Shown piece after piece: positions 9,079 to 20,082 of a stretch of DNA of 32,000 bases. Location: contig CAZXEQ010000007.1 of NCBI GenBank assembly GCA_964640155.1, positions 153,048-185,047 of the forward strand, given 5' to 3'. The number at the start of each line of letters is the position of its first letter. The stretch's first letter is position 1. The notes below the pieces were generated by a model, which searched no databases, was not told where the DNA came from, and worked only from the letters and a program-made list of their open reading frames with translations. This DNA comes from an uncultured bacterium. Lineage in GTDB: Bacteria > Auribacterota > JACPWU01. A program made the translations under genes and the position numbers.

Positions 9079-9114
9079 AATTGTTAACCTTTTTTTTATT
9101 GCAGGTTAACAATT
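9079..9114. promoter_or_regulatory. Perfect inverted repeat AATTGTTAACC-N14-GGTTAACAATT, a candidate BirA operator (bioO)
   Basis: The left arm (9079-9089) is the exact reverse complement of the right arm (9104-9114). The 14-nt spacer is T-rich. The right arm abuts the ATG at 9115 of the operon containing bioF and bioA. The architecture matches the TTGTWAACC-N14-16-GGTTWACAA BirA site as I recall it. Confidence 0.6.
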
Positions 9115-9897
9115 ATGCCCTCTCAAATTGTTTTGATTACAGGAGTGTCAGGGGGACTGGGCATTGAGTTAGCGTTAGCTTTTGCAAATAGGGGAGACAT
9201 CGTTTTAGGCGTTTATCATCAAAATCATATTGCTATTACAAAGTTAGAAGAGAACATTAAGAGAATAGGAGGTTTTTGTCAGTTTTATCAATGCGACATT
9301 CGTCAGGAGAAAGAGGTAAAAAAGCTTTTTCTTGCAATTGCATCGCGTTGGGGAAAATTGGATGGACTGATCAATAATGCAGGCATTATTCGGGATCAGA
9401 ATATTTTAAAAATGTCTTACGAAGATTGGGATGAAGTTATCCAAGTTAATTTAACAGGTTCTTTTTTTTGTTTGAAAGAAGCTATTTCTTTACTCACTAA
9501 AGAACAATTAAAAAAATCAAAATTCATTATCAATATTGTTTCGCTTCGAGGACTTACTGGAAATGAGGGACAAACAAATTATTCTGCGTCAAAAGCCGGA
9601 TTGATTGCTTTAACACAAACTGCTGCATTGGAGTTGAATCCTTTTGGAATTAAAGTTAATGCAGTTATTCCAGGACTTTTAGAGACGCAAATGAGCAAAG
9701 GAAGTAAGGCACTCAAAGACTTTTCAGAGCGTTTGCCATCTGATATTGCTCAATGGATTGTAAAAATAGCTTCTCTCCAAGAAACCACAGGTCAATTATT
9801 TATTTTAGAAAATCGAGTGACTAAATATGCAAATTTGCCAATATCCTTCTCGAGTTGTAATTACGGGGATGGGAATTTCAACAGCGATTGGAACTAA
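9115..9897 (+). CDS. Short-chain dehydrogenase/reductase, 3-oxoacyl-ACP reductase (FabG)-like
   Basis: Cofactor motif TGVSGGLGIELA, NNAG motif, and catalytic S...YSASK. The usual C-terminal GQ..VDGG is divergent (GQLFILENR). The last 71 nt overlap the next gene. Confidence 0.8.
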   Translation: MPSQIVLITGVSGGLGIELALAFANRGDIVLGVYHQNHIAITKLEENIKRIGGFCQFYQCDIRQEKEVKKLFLAIASRWGKLDGLINNAGIIRDQNILKMSYEDWDEVIQVNLTGSFFCLKEAISLLTKEQLKKSKFIINIVSLRGLTGNEGQTNYSASKAGLIALTQTAALELNPFGIKVNAVIPGLLETQMSKGSKALKDFSERLPSDIAQWIVKIASLQETTGQLFILENRVTKYANLPISFSSCNYGDGNFNSDWN

Positions 9898-10990
9898 GAT
9901 TTCCAAAGCTTGGGAAGCACTTGAAAAAGGAGAATCTGGAATAAAAACGCTTTCTTTTGATCAGCTCAAAATTCCAGCTGGATATGTCTCAAGTCTATCT
10001 TCTGAAAATAAAAAAGCTGAATTGCTTGCGTTGAATGCATCTGAAGAAGCCTTAAAAGATTCTGGTCTTGAAATAAAGAATATCCCCTCTGAAAGAATTG
10101 GAATTTGTGTGAGTTCTAGCAAGGGGGATTTTGAAGATATTCTAAACCCTACAAATGGATTTTTTTTGGAGAAAATTAATTCTAGACTGGTTCAATATTA
10201 TCAAACTTCAGGACCTTCTCTTAATCTTGTGGGGGCTTGTTCAACGGGTCTTCAATCTGTCTCATGGGGAACACGCTGGATACAAGAAAATAAATGTGAC
10301 ATAGTTTTTGCTGGAGCCAGTGACTCGGTTCTTCATCCCTTTTTGATTCATGCCTATGAACAGGCAGGCATTCTAGCGAAAATTGACTCTAAATCTCCCC
10401 AGAAAAATATTAAACCTTTTGATCGAGATAGAACTGGAACCGTTTTGGGCGAGGGCAGCGGGGTGGTGATTCTGGAGTCTTTAGAATTAGCTCAAAAAAG
10501 AGGCGCGAAGATTTATGGAGAAATTTTGTCCTCCTATTACGGAATTGACCCTTTTCATCCGATTCGTATGAATCCAGATGGATCTAGTGTGGCACAAATC
10601 TTTCAACATCTTTTTCAAAAATCTCAATATTCTATGGATAATGTTGACTTGATTCATCTTCATGGTACAGGTACAGTTTGGAATGATTTGATAGAAACAC
10701 GTGGAATTAAAAGTTTTTTTAAAGAGCAGGCAAAAAAAATTTCATTTTGTGCCACCAAACCTTTTACAGGACATTTAATTGGGGCCAGTGGCGTTGTAGA
10801 ACTTATTTTTAGTCTATTAGCTATGAAGCATGGGTTTGTTCCCCCCACACTTAATTTGGAAGAAACAGACCCTGAATGCGATCTTGATTATACCCCTGGT
10901 TATGGAAAAGAGAAAACCATACGGTCTTTGATTGGCTTGGCATATGGTTTTGGTGGTCATATCTCAGGAATTCTTGTGAGAAAGATATAA
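9827..10990 (+). CDS. Beta-ketoacyl-ACP synthase, KAS I/II (FabF/FabB)-like
   Basis: N-terminal RVVITGMG. The active-site Cys lies in GACSTGLQS. Both His motifs are present (HLHGTGT and KPFTGHLIGASG). At 387 aa it is slightly shorter than a canonical FabF. Confidence 0.85.
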   Translation: MQICQYPSRVVITGMGISTAIGTKISKAWEALEKGESGIKTLSFDQLKIPAGYVSSLSSENKKAELLALNASEEALKDSGLEIKNIPSERIGICVSSSKGDFEDILNPTNGFFLEKINSRLVQYYQTSGPSLNLVGACSTGLQSVSWGTRWIQENKCDIVFAGASDSVLHPFLIHAYEQAGILAKIDSKSPQKNIKPFDRDRTGTVLGEGSGVVILESLELAQKRGAKIYGEILSSYYGIDPFHPIRMNPDGSSVAQIFQHLFQKSQYSMDNVDLIHLHGTGTVWNDLIETRGIKSFFKEQAKKISFCATKPFTGHLIGASGVVELIFSLLAMKHGFVPPTLNLEETDPECDLDYTPGYGKEKTIRSLIGLAYGFGGHISGILVRKI

Positions 10991-10991
10991 T

Positions 10992-12179
10992 ATGAGACAT
11001 TTTGATTTTTTAAATCAAGAATTGATGGATATTCACACTAAAAATCGCTTTCGCGAATTCCAAACGATTACATCAAATTCCGGACCATCTATTACTCTGG
11101 GGAATAAAAAACTTATTAATTTTGGATCAAATAATTATTTAGGACTTGCACAAAACTTCCAAGTGAAATGGTCCTCTATTATAAGCACATGGCAGTTTGG
11201 AACAGGTTCGGGAGCTTCTAGGCTTATCTCTGGCAATACAACCGCTCATGACGCTTTAGAACGCATGATTGCTTCATTTAAAGGGGCTGAATCAGCTCTT
11301 GTTTATCCTACAGGTTATATGGCCAATTTAGGGGTAATTTCTGCTTTAATCGAACCAGAAGATGTTGTCATTCTAGATCGTCTTAATCATGCTAGCATCG
11401 TTGATGCCTGTCTTCTTTCCAAAGCGAAAATATGGGTTTATCCTCATAAAAATCTTGAACGTCTCAACGAAGTTCTCGAAAATGCTAAAAAAAGGAATTT
11501 TCGTCGAAAATGGGTCATTACAGAAAGTCTTTTTAGTATGGATGGGGATATTGCTCCATTGCCAGAAATTCTAAAAATTTGTGAAAACCATCAGGCCTTT
11601 CTTATGATTGACGAAGCTCATGCTACAGGAGTTCTTGGAGAAAATGGAAGAGGAGCATTAGAATACTTTGACATTGATCCTAAAAGAGTTTCTATCATCA
11701 TGGGAACTTTAAGTAAAGCATTGGGATCTTTAGGTGGATTTATTGCGGGGGAAAAAGAACTTATTGATTACTTGAGAAATCGATCTAAAACTTTTATTTA
11801 TACAACAGGACTTCCTTCTTCAGTTTGCGCAGGATCTCTTAAATCAATTCAGTTGATTGTAAAATCAAATCAATTAGTTAAAAAACTTAAAGCAAATATT
11901 GATTATTTTTATGAGGGATTAACAAAAGTTGGCATGGATTGCCCAAAAGAAAAAACACCCATTATCCCTATCATTACAGGAACTGAGTTGGATACGATGA
12001 AAGCTTCTCAAAAATTAAAAGAAGAAGGTTTTTTTGTCCCAGGTATCCGTCCGCCTACGGTTCCAGAGGGAGAAGGGCGATTACGCATCAGTTTAATGGC
12101 AACACATACAAGACAACAGATGGACGGAGTATTGGGAACAATAAAATCTATTTTTAAAAATCATGAAATCACAAAATAA
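10992..12179 (+). CDS. bioF: 8-amino-7-oxononanoate synthase (alpha-oxoamine synthase family)
   Basis: The PLP-lysine region GTLSKALGSLGGF, DEAHATG, and a Gly-rich GSGASRLISG motif are present. The gene lies immediately upstream of bioA. Confidence 0.8.
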   Translation: MRHFDFLNQELMDIHTKNRFREFQTITSNSGPSITLGNKKLINFGSNNYLGLAQNFQVKWSSIISTWQFGTGSGASRLISGNTTAHDALERMIASFKGAESALVYPTGYMANLGVISALIEPEDVVILDRLNHASIVDACLLSKAKIWVYPHKNLERLNEVLENAKKRNFRRKWVITESLFSMDGDIAPLPEILKICENHQAFLMIDEAHATGVLGENGRGALEYFDIDPKRVSIIMGTLSKALGSLGGFIAGEKELIDYLRNRSKTFIYTTGLPSSVCAGSLKSIQLIVKSNQLVKKLKANIDYFYEGLTKVGMDCPKEKTPIIPIITGTELDTMKASQKLKEEGFFVPGIRPPTVPEGEGRLRISLMATHTRQQMDGVLGTIKSIFKNHEITK

Positions 12180-13506
12180 AACTAGGACTCTTCAAAAGTT
12201 CGATAAACAATATGTTTGGCATCCCTTTACCCAGATGAAAGACTGGGTCAAAGGCGATCCCTTAATTATTGAAAGTGGAAAGGGGAACACTCTTATTGAT
12301 AGTGATGGCCATTCGTATTTAGATGGCGTTTCATCTTTATGGACTAATGTTCATGGTCATCAAAAAAAAGAAATTGATCAAGCCATTCAAAAACAACTGA
12401 AAAAAATTGCACATAGCACACTTCTAGGTCTCTCTAATATTCCTTCTATCAAATTAGCAAAAGAGCTTATTCAAATTGCTCCTAAAGGTCTTACAAAAGT
12501 TTTCTATTCAGACAACGGCTCCACAGCGGTAGAGGTTGCTCTTAAAATGGCCTATCAGTATTGGCAACACATAGGGCCTGGGTCATCGAGAACAAAATTT
12601 ATCGGTTTTAAGGAAGCCTATCATGGAGATACGATTGGCTCTGTCAGTGTTGGAGGAGTAGAATTATTTCATCATGCATTTAAACCTCTTCTCTTTGATG
12701 TCATTAGATTTGCTTCTCCATATTTTTTTAAGAATCAACCGGAAGTTTTGCTAGATCAAATAGAAAAAGAAATCATTCGAGAGAAAAATAAAATCATTGG
12801 CATAGTGATGGAACCTCTGATTCAAGGTGCTGCCGGCATGTTGACCCATCCCAAAGGCTTTCTGCGTTCCATAAGAAATTTATGTGATCGATATAATCTG
12901 CTCTTGATTGTTGACGAAGTAGCGACAGGTTTTGGAAAAACAGGAAAGATGTTTGCCTGTGAAAATGAAAATGTTAGTCCAGATCTAATGGCTATTGCAA
13001 AAGGTATTTCAGGTGGCTATCTTCCGCTCGCAGCAACTTTGGTAAAAGAAAAAATTTATCAGGCCTTTTTAGGAGAGCAGCATCAGTTCAAAACTTTTTT
13101 TCATGGACATACTTATACAGGGAATCCTTTGGCTTGCGCAGCAGGACTAGCTTCATTCAAAATTTTTAAAAAAGAAAATGTCCTTAAAAAATTACAGAAG
13201 AAGATTCAGATTTTTAAGGAAGGCTTAAAATTATTCTCAAAACTTCCTCATGTTGTAGAAATTCGTCAATGTGGTGTCATGATCGGGATAGATCTTGTTA
13301 AAAATAAATCTCCTCGCAAAGACTATTTACCTGAGGAAAAAATTGGAATTCGTGTTTGTCAAGAAGCCAGAAAAAGGGGAGTTATCTTGAGACCTCTTGG
13401 AAATGTCATCGTTTTGATGCCTCCACTCTCTATTCAACATAATGAGATAAAAAAACTGCTCGGAAGCACGTATCATGCCATCCGAGCAGTTACAGAATCA
13501 TTTTAA
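12163..13506 (+). CDS. bioA: Adenosylmethionine-8-amino-7-oxononanoate aminotransferase
   Basis: YVWHPFTQMKDW N-terminus, AYHGDT, VDEVATGFGKTGKMFACE, HGHTYTGNPLACAA, and the C-terminal RPLGNVIVLMPP. It aligns with BioA along its whole length. Confidence 0.9.
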   Translation: MKSQNKTRTLQKFDKQYVWHPFTQMKDWVKGDPLIIESGKGNTLIDSDGHSYLDGVSSLWTNVHGHQKKEIDQAIQKQLKKIAHSTLLGLSNIPSIKLAKELIQIAPKGLTKVFYSDNGSTAVEVALKMAYQYWQHIGPGSSRTKFIGFKEAYHGDTIGSVSVGGVELFHHAFKPLLFDVIRFASPYFFKNQPEVLLDQIEKEIIREKNKIIGIVMEPLIQGAAGMLTHPKGFLRSIRNLCDRYNLLLIVDEVATGFGKTGKMFACENENVSPDLMAIAKGISGGYLPLAATLVKEKIYQAFLGEQHQFKTFFHGHTYTGNPLACAAGLASFKIFKKENVLKKLQKKIQIFKEGLKLFSKLPHVVEIRQCGVMIGIDLVKNKSPRKDYLPEEKIGIRVCQEARKRGVILRPLGNVIVLMPPLSIQHNEIKKLLGSTYHAIRAVTESF

Positions 13507-13522
13507 ACGCGAAACAGAATTC

Positions 13523-14575
13523 TTAATCAAATACGGCTAAACTCACTCCAAAAGAGCTGTGCCCATCTGAATATCCAAAATCAAATCCGAATCCTGTGTA
13601 GGGTCCTGACTCATAAACATAATATCCATCTACATAGGCATAGGAACTTCCACATGTATCAGCCCAAGAAACAAGTTGATCCCAACCCCAAGGTTGATAG
13701 GTTGTGTAAGAAGCATATCCATAGGGGTAGTAGTAATAACTGGAATATTCATTCGCGAGTTTTTCTCTTTCTAACTCGAGTTTTTCCTGTTCCAAAATAT
13801 ACTCATTTTTAGCAGCAATATCTTGATCTGCTGATGCTCTAGCTGCTTTTTGTTGTTCAATGCTGGGGACTTTAGGGCCTGCAACGCTTTCACCTACAGG
13901 ACTCCAACCTGGAGGAGGGGCAATTGCAACTTTTGCATTTCCACGAGCCTTAAGATAGTCTTCTCTTGAGATCTTCATTCCTTGAGATTCTTCCGTCATC
14001 CCCAATTTTTCATACAATTGAGCAATAACTTGTGCTCCTTTATCGCTTTGAGTTTGATCCACGATTGTTTTAGCTACAGACAAAACACCTGCAGCACCAT
14101 CATGATCTCCTATTTGAATAAGCCCATTAGCTGCTTCTGTCATTCCAATCCAATCATTCTGTGATTGAGCAGTTTGTTCGGCTAAATGAAAAGCTTGGTT
14201 GCTGCTTTCTTTTTTTCCTTGATCAGGTGGTAAACTTGCAAACGCGTATCCAACCGCAATCGCAATTCTCCAATCCTGCTTTTGCTCGGCCATTTGAAAA
14301 GCTTGATCAAATAAACCTGATGCCTGAGCTGGTTCGCCAAGTTTTAAAAGAGCATTCCCAGCATCCAAACATCCTCTTGGCTCACTTGCTTGAGCAGCAA
14401 ATTGACCTGCTTCTTGAAAATGTTGAATAGCTTCAGCTTTGTTTTTTGCCTTAATGGCTTGAAAACCTTTTGCAAAAGAATCATGCATGGATCGAGTGGG
14501 ATCTTCCGAAAAACCTCGAGTTGCGATTAAGCTTATCATTAGAATAAAAAGTGCATATCGTTTCATATTTTTCAC
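13523..14575 (-). CDS. Secreted repeat protein (TPR/Sel1-like degenerate repeats) with a Tyr/Gly/aromatic-rich C-terminal region
   Basis: Signal-peptide-like N-terminus (MKRYALFILMISLIATRGFSEDP) and a good SD (AAGGTG) upstream on the minus strand. Helical repeats of about 35-40 aa recur (e.g. FDQAFQMAEQKQDWRIAIAVG and NQAFHLAEQTAQSQNDWIGMTEA). A coiled EQEKLELEREKL segment follows. The tail reads YSSYYYYPYGYASYTTYQPWGW...GFGFDFGY. Confidence 0.6.
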   Translation of the reverse strand: MKNMKRYALFILMISLIATRGFSEDPTRSMHDSFAKGFQAIKAKNKAEAIQHFQEAGQFAAQASEPRGCLDAGNALLKLGEPAQASGLFDQAFQMAEQKQDWRIAIAVGYAFASLPPDQGKKESSNQAFHLAEQTAQSQNDWIGMTEAANGLIQIGDHDGAAGVLSVAKTIVDQTQSDKGAQVIAQLYEKLGMTEESQGMKISREDYLKARGNAKVAIAPPPGWSPVGESVAGPKVPSIEQQKAARASADQDIAAKNEYILEQEKLELEREKLANEYSSYYYYPYGYASYTTYQPWGWDQLVSWADTCGSSYAYVDGYYVYESGPYTGFGFDFGYSDGHSSFGVSLAVFD

Positions 14576-14792
14576 CTTCAGTTAGTGGGTTAAAAATACC
14601 TCACCTAAACCTGCTTTGGGAGGCTAAAACTCAAGTTTAAACTTCAAAAACCCCCATTTCGATCGTTTATTAACCTATTGAAATTTGACGGGGAATACAA
14701 GGTTTTTTAAATGAGTAGTTTCTGTGTTTCTTCAAACAAATTGACAACACTTTCAGCCTATGATTGTATAGATGCGCATTTGGGGAATATTT

Positions 14793-15290
14793 ATGGCAAA
14801 AAATTCTGCTGAAGGTAGTCAAGCTCCCTCAAAAGGGGGAGATGGCGCAGGAAAAAATTGGTTAGCCGTTTTAAGAATTTTTATGGGGGCTTATTTTATT
14901 AACACGAGCCTCAGTAAATTTACGGCTTCTTATCTGGGTGAATTTTCAAGAATGGTTAGTCGCTGGGCTCATGATAGTTCTTTTGAACTTTATCGCAATT
15001 TCATCAGCGATTTTATAGTTCCTCATGCAAAGTTTTTTGCTTATTTTACTGCTATTGGAGAATTCTATATTGGGATTACACTGATCATTGGTTTTCTTTC
15101 GGGTTTGTCAGCATTACTAGGAATTTCCCTTTATTTGAATTATTATCTGGGCGGCAGTGAAGGAAATATCATGTGGCAAATAGGGCATGTGATTATTTCT
15201 CTTTTAGTAGTCTTTTTTACAAAAGCAGGTCGAGTTTTAGGTTTTGATAAATATTTATCTAAAAAAATCCTTTTTAAATATATTGTTTAA
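14793..15290 (+). CDS. DoxX-like integral membrane protein
   Basis: The ORF is 14772..15290. The ATG at 14793 has a GGGGA SD 6 nt upstream, so it is preferred. There are four predicted TM helices. The N-terminal WLAVLRIFMGAYFI pattern resembles the DoxX family. The call is tentative. Confidence 0.45.
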   Translation: MAKNSAEGSQAPSKGGDGAGKNWLAVLRIFMGAYFINTSLSKFTASYLGEFSRMVSRWAHDSSFELYRNFISDFIVPHAKFFAYFTAIGEFYIGITLIIGFLSGLSALLGISLYLNYYLGGSEGNIMWQIGHVIISLLVVFFTKAGRVLGFDKYLSKKILFKYIV

Positions 15291-15292
15291 TT

Positions 15293-16315
15293 ATGTCACT
15301 TCTTGAAATTTCAAAATTAATAGAACCAATCGCTGAGCCTTTGAATCAGGTTGAGCAAATGCTTGCTGAAGAAGCAAGTGCTTCTGAATTTCCTTTTATC
15401 AATCGTGCATCTCAACACATCACTCTAGATCATGGGAAAAGGCTTCGCCCCATTCTTGTTCTTTCAGCCGCAAAAGCTTTTGGAAAAGTAACAATCGAAC
15501 ACATTAAATTATCTGTGATCATCGAACTCATTCACACAGCCACACTTCTTCATGATGATGTTCTAGATGAAGCTCAAACCCGACGGCACCGAACAAGTAT
15601 CAACTCGGTTTGGGGGAATACAACTTCAGTTCTTTTGGGAGATTATCTTTTTGCAAGAGCCCTCATGCTACTCTCCTCCTTAGGATCAAAAGATTTATTT
15701 TTTCTAGTTTCTGAAGCAACAAAAGATGTATGTGAAGGAGAAATTTTACAAATTCAAAATGCACGAAAGATCGATCTTGACGAAGCAAATTATTTTGAAA
15801 TTGTTCGTAAGAAAACGGCTTCTCTTTTTACGGCATGTTGCAAAGGAAGCGCTATCATTTCAGGGTTAGATACATCTCTTGTCAATGCCATGGCAAAATA
15901 TGGTGAATTGCTGGGAAATGCTTTTCAAATTGGAGATGATATTTTAGACATTATGGGAAGCTCCTCTGAGGAAGGAAAAACATTAGGGACAGATTTAGAA
16001 AAAGGGAAAATGACGCTTCCTTTAATACATCTCTTGAAACATTTAAGTTCCGAAGAAAAAAAACTTCTTGAAGATATTATCGTTCAATCCAATCATGATG
16101 TTCCGGAAAGTAAAATTCAGCTTCTTTTAGCCAAGGGCAGAGGATTGCCAGAAACATTCGAAGTTGTAAGCAATTTATGCAAAAATGCCAGTTTGGAATT
16201 AGGACGTTTTCCTTCCAACTTTGAACTAACACTTTTTAAAGTTATCCCTCAATATGTTCTTTCGCAGGCTCAACAACACTTAAGTGAAACAAATTCTCTT
16301 CTGAAGGTTTCATAA
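15293..16315 (+). CDS. ispB: Long-chain trans-polyprenyl diphosphate synthase (octaprenyl/heptaprenyl-type)
   Basis: First Asp-rich motif LLHDDVLDE with downstream RR. Second Asp-rich motif GDDILD. Length of 340 aa fits the family. Confidence 0.85.
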   Translation: MSLLEISKLIEPIAEPLNQVEQMLAEEASASEFPFINRASQHITLDHGKRLRPILVLSAAKAFGKVTIEHIKLSVIIELIHTATLLHDDVLDEAQTRRHRTSINSVWGNTTSVLLGDYLFARALMLLSSLGSKDLFFLVSEATKDVCEGEILQIQNARKIDLDEANYFEIVRKKTASLFTACCKGSAIISGLDTSLVNAMAKYGELLGNAFQIGDDILDIMGSSSEEGKTLGTDLEKGKMTLPLIHLLKHLSSEEKKLLEDIIVQSNHDVPESKIQLLLAKGRGLPETFEVVSNLCKNASLELGRFPSNFELTLFKVIPQYVLSQAQQHLSETNSLLKVS

Positions 16316-16330
16316 ATCTATATCACATTC

Positions 16331-16466
16331 AGCGGGGTGGCACGACTGGGGGACCCCCATCGAGCGCCAGCAGGTATCGTCGATATACTCAAAAATTTTC
16401 ATGAGACTTTTTTTCGGTACCGATGCCGTCGATGGGGGTGAGGAGTGACAGGACCCCGTTCGCTTG
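16331..16466. other. GC-rich long imperfect hairpin; candidate structured ncRNA, terminator complex or palindromic element
   Basis: Complementary pairs are 16333-16338 CGGGGT with 16453-16458 ACCCCG, 16353-16363 ACCCCCATCGA with 16429-16439 TCGATGGGGGT (11 bp), and 16373-16379 GGTATCG with 16415-16421 CGGTACC. The apex is AU-rich. The element is conspicuously GC-rich in an AT-rich genome and lies in the ispB-ligA gap. Confidence 0.45.
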
Positions 16467-16498
16467 TTCTTTAAAAATCTCTGGATATCTTCCCCTTC

Positions 16499-19474
<2,976 letters not shown>

Positions 19475-19500
19475 TAGGCCGAGCGTGACAATCTAGATGG

Positions 19501-20082
19501 TTATTCATAGATCTGAATAATTTTTTTTAAATCAAAAGTATCTCCCCAAATTTTTTGGCCATAATGTCGGAAAAAATCAATCATATATTTTTTCATCACA
19601 AATAATTGTTCCGATCGAGGACTTTTGCTAAGGGCTTTGCGCCAAAGTTGGGCTAGTTTAATGGGATCAAAAGGATTCTTTTTGAAAACTTCGATCATGT
19701 CTTGGCAATCTGATACCAGATAGCGTCCAATCTTTCCAATACTCCAGTACAATGGATGAGCGAGATAAACTTTAATTTCATTAAAAGTTTTATAGAGAAT
19801 AATATTTTTGTCAAAATCAAGGAAACTTAATGAAGACCATCGATCAACATTGTCACTAAATTGAGCCTGAACTCCTGTTTGATGGACCACTTTAGCAACA
19901 GCTTCGGAAAACGCATTGAATGAACACGCCTCTTTAAATTGAAATTGAAAATCGACATCGAGTGTTGGACGAACTCCTCCAAAAAGAAGTGCAGCAGCTC
20001 CTCCAATAAGAATAATTTCTGTCGGATGTTTCCACTCGTTAGAAAGCTTTTCAAAAAAAACATCAATATCATTCTTTTTCAT
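19501..20082 (-). CDS. Minimal nucleotidyltransferase-fold protein (pol-beta superfamily, AbiEii/DUF6036-like); putative toxin or effector
   Basis: The N-terminal motif IILIGGAAALLFGGVRPTLDVDF fits hGG-x(n)-D-x-D of minimal NTases and the GG[ST]AL...R.T.D[LV]DF pattern of AbiEii-type proteins. Length is 193 aa. It shares an ATGA overlap with the upstream HTH gene. Confidence 0.55.
   Translation of the reverse strand: MKKNDIDVFFEKLSNEWKHPTEIILIGGAAALLFGGVRPTLDVDFQFQFKEACSFNAFSEAVAKVVHQTGVQAQFSDNVDRWSSLSFLDFDKNIILYKTFNEIKVYLAHPLYWSIGKIGRYLVSDCQDMIEVFKKNPFDPIKLAQLWRKALSKSPRSEQLFVMKKYMIDFFRHYGQKIWGDTFDLKKIIQIYE

Noticed and set aside
14772-14792. ATG at 14772 as the start of the DoxX-like gene
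   Set aside because: No SD precedes it, whereas the ATG at 14793 has GGGGA 6 nt upstream. A TTGACA at 14741 would place transcription initiation close to or past 14772. It is retained as an alternative only.
16331-16466. Identity of the GC-rich element as tmRNA, SRP (4.5S) RNA, RNase P RNA or a tRNA
   Set aside because: It is too short for tmRNA or RNase P, and it lacks the GGGG...UUCGA tmRNA ends and the RNase P GAGGAAAGUCC motif. There is no SRP domain IV GGAA tetraloop or AGCA motif, since the apex is AU-rich. There is no T-loop GTTCGAATC. The family is therefore left unassigned.
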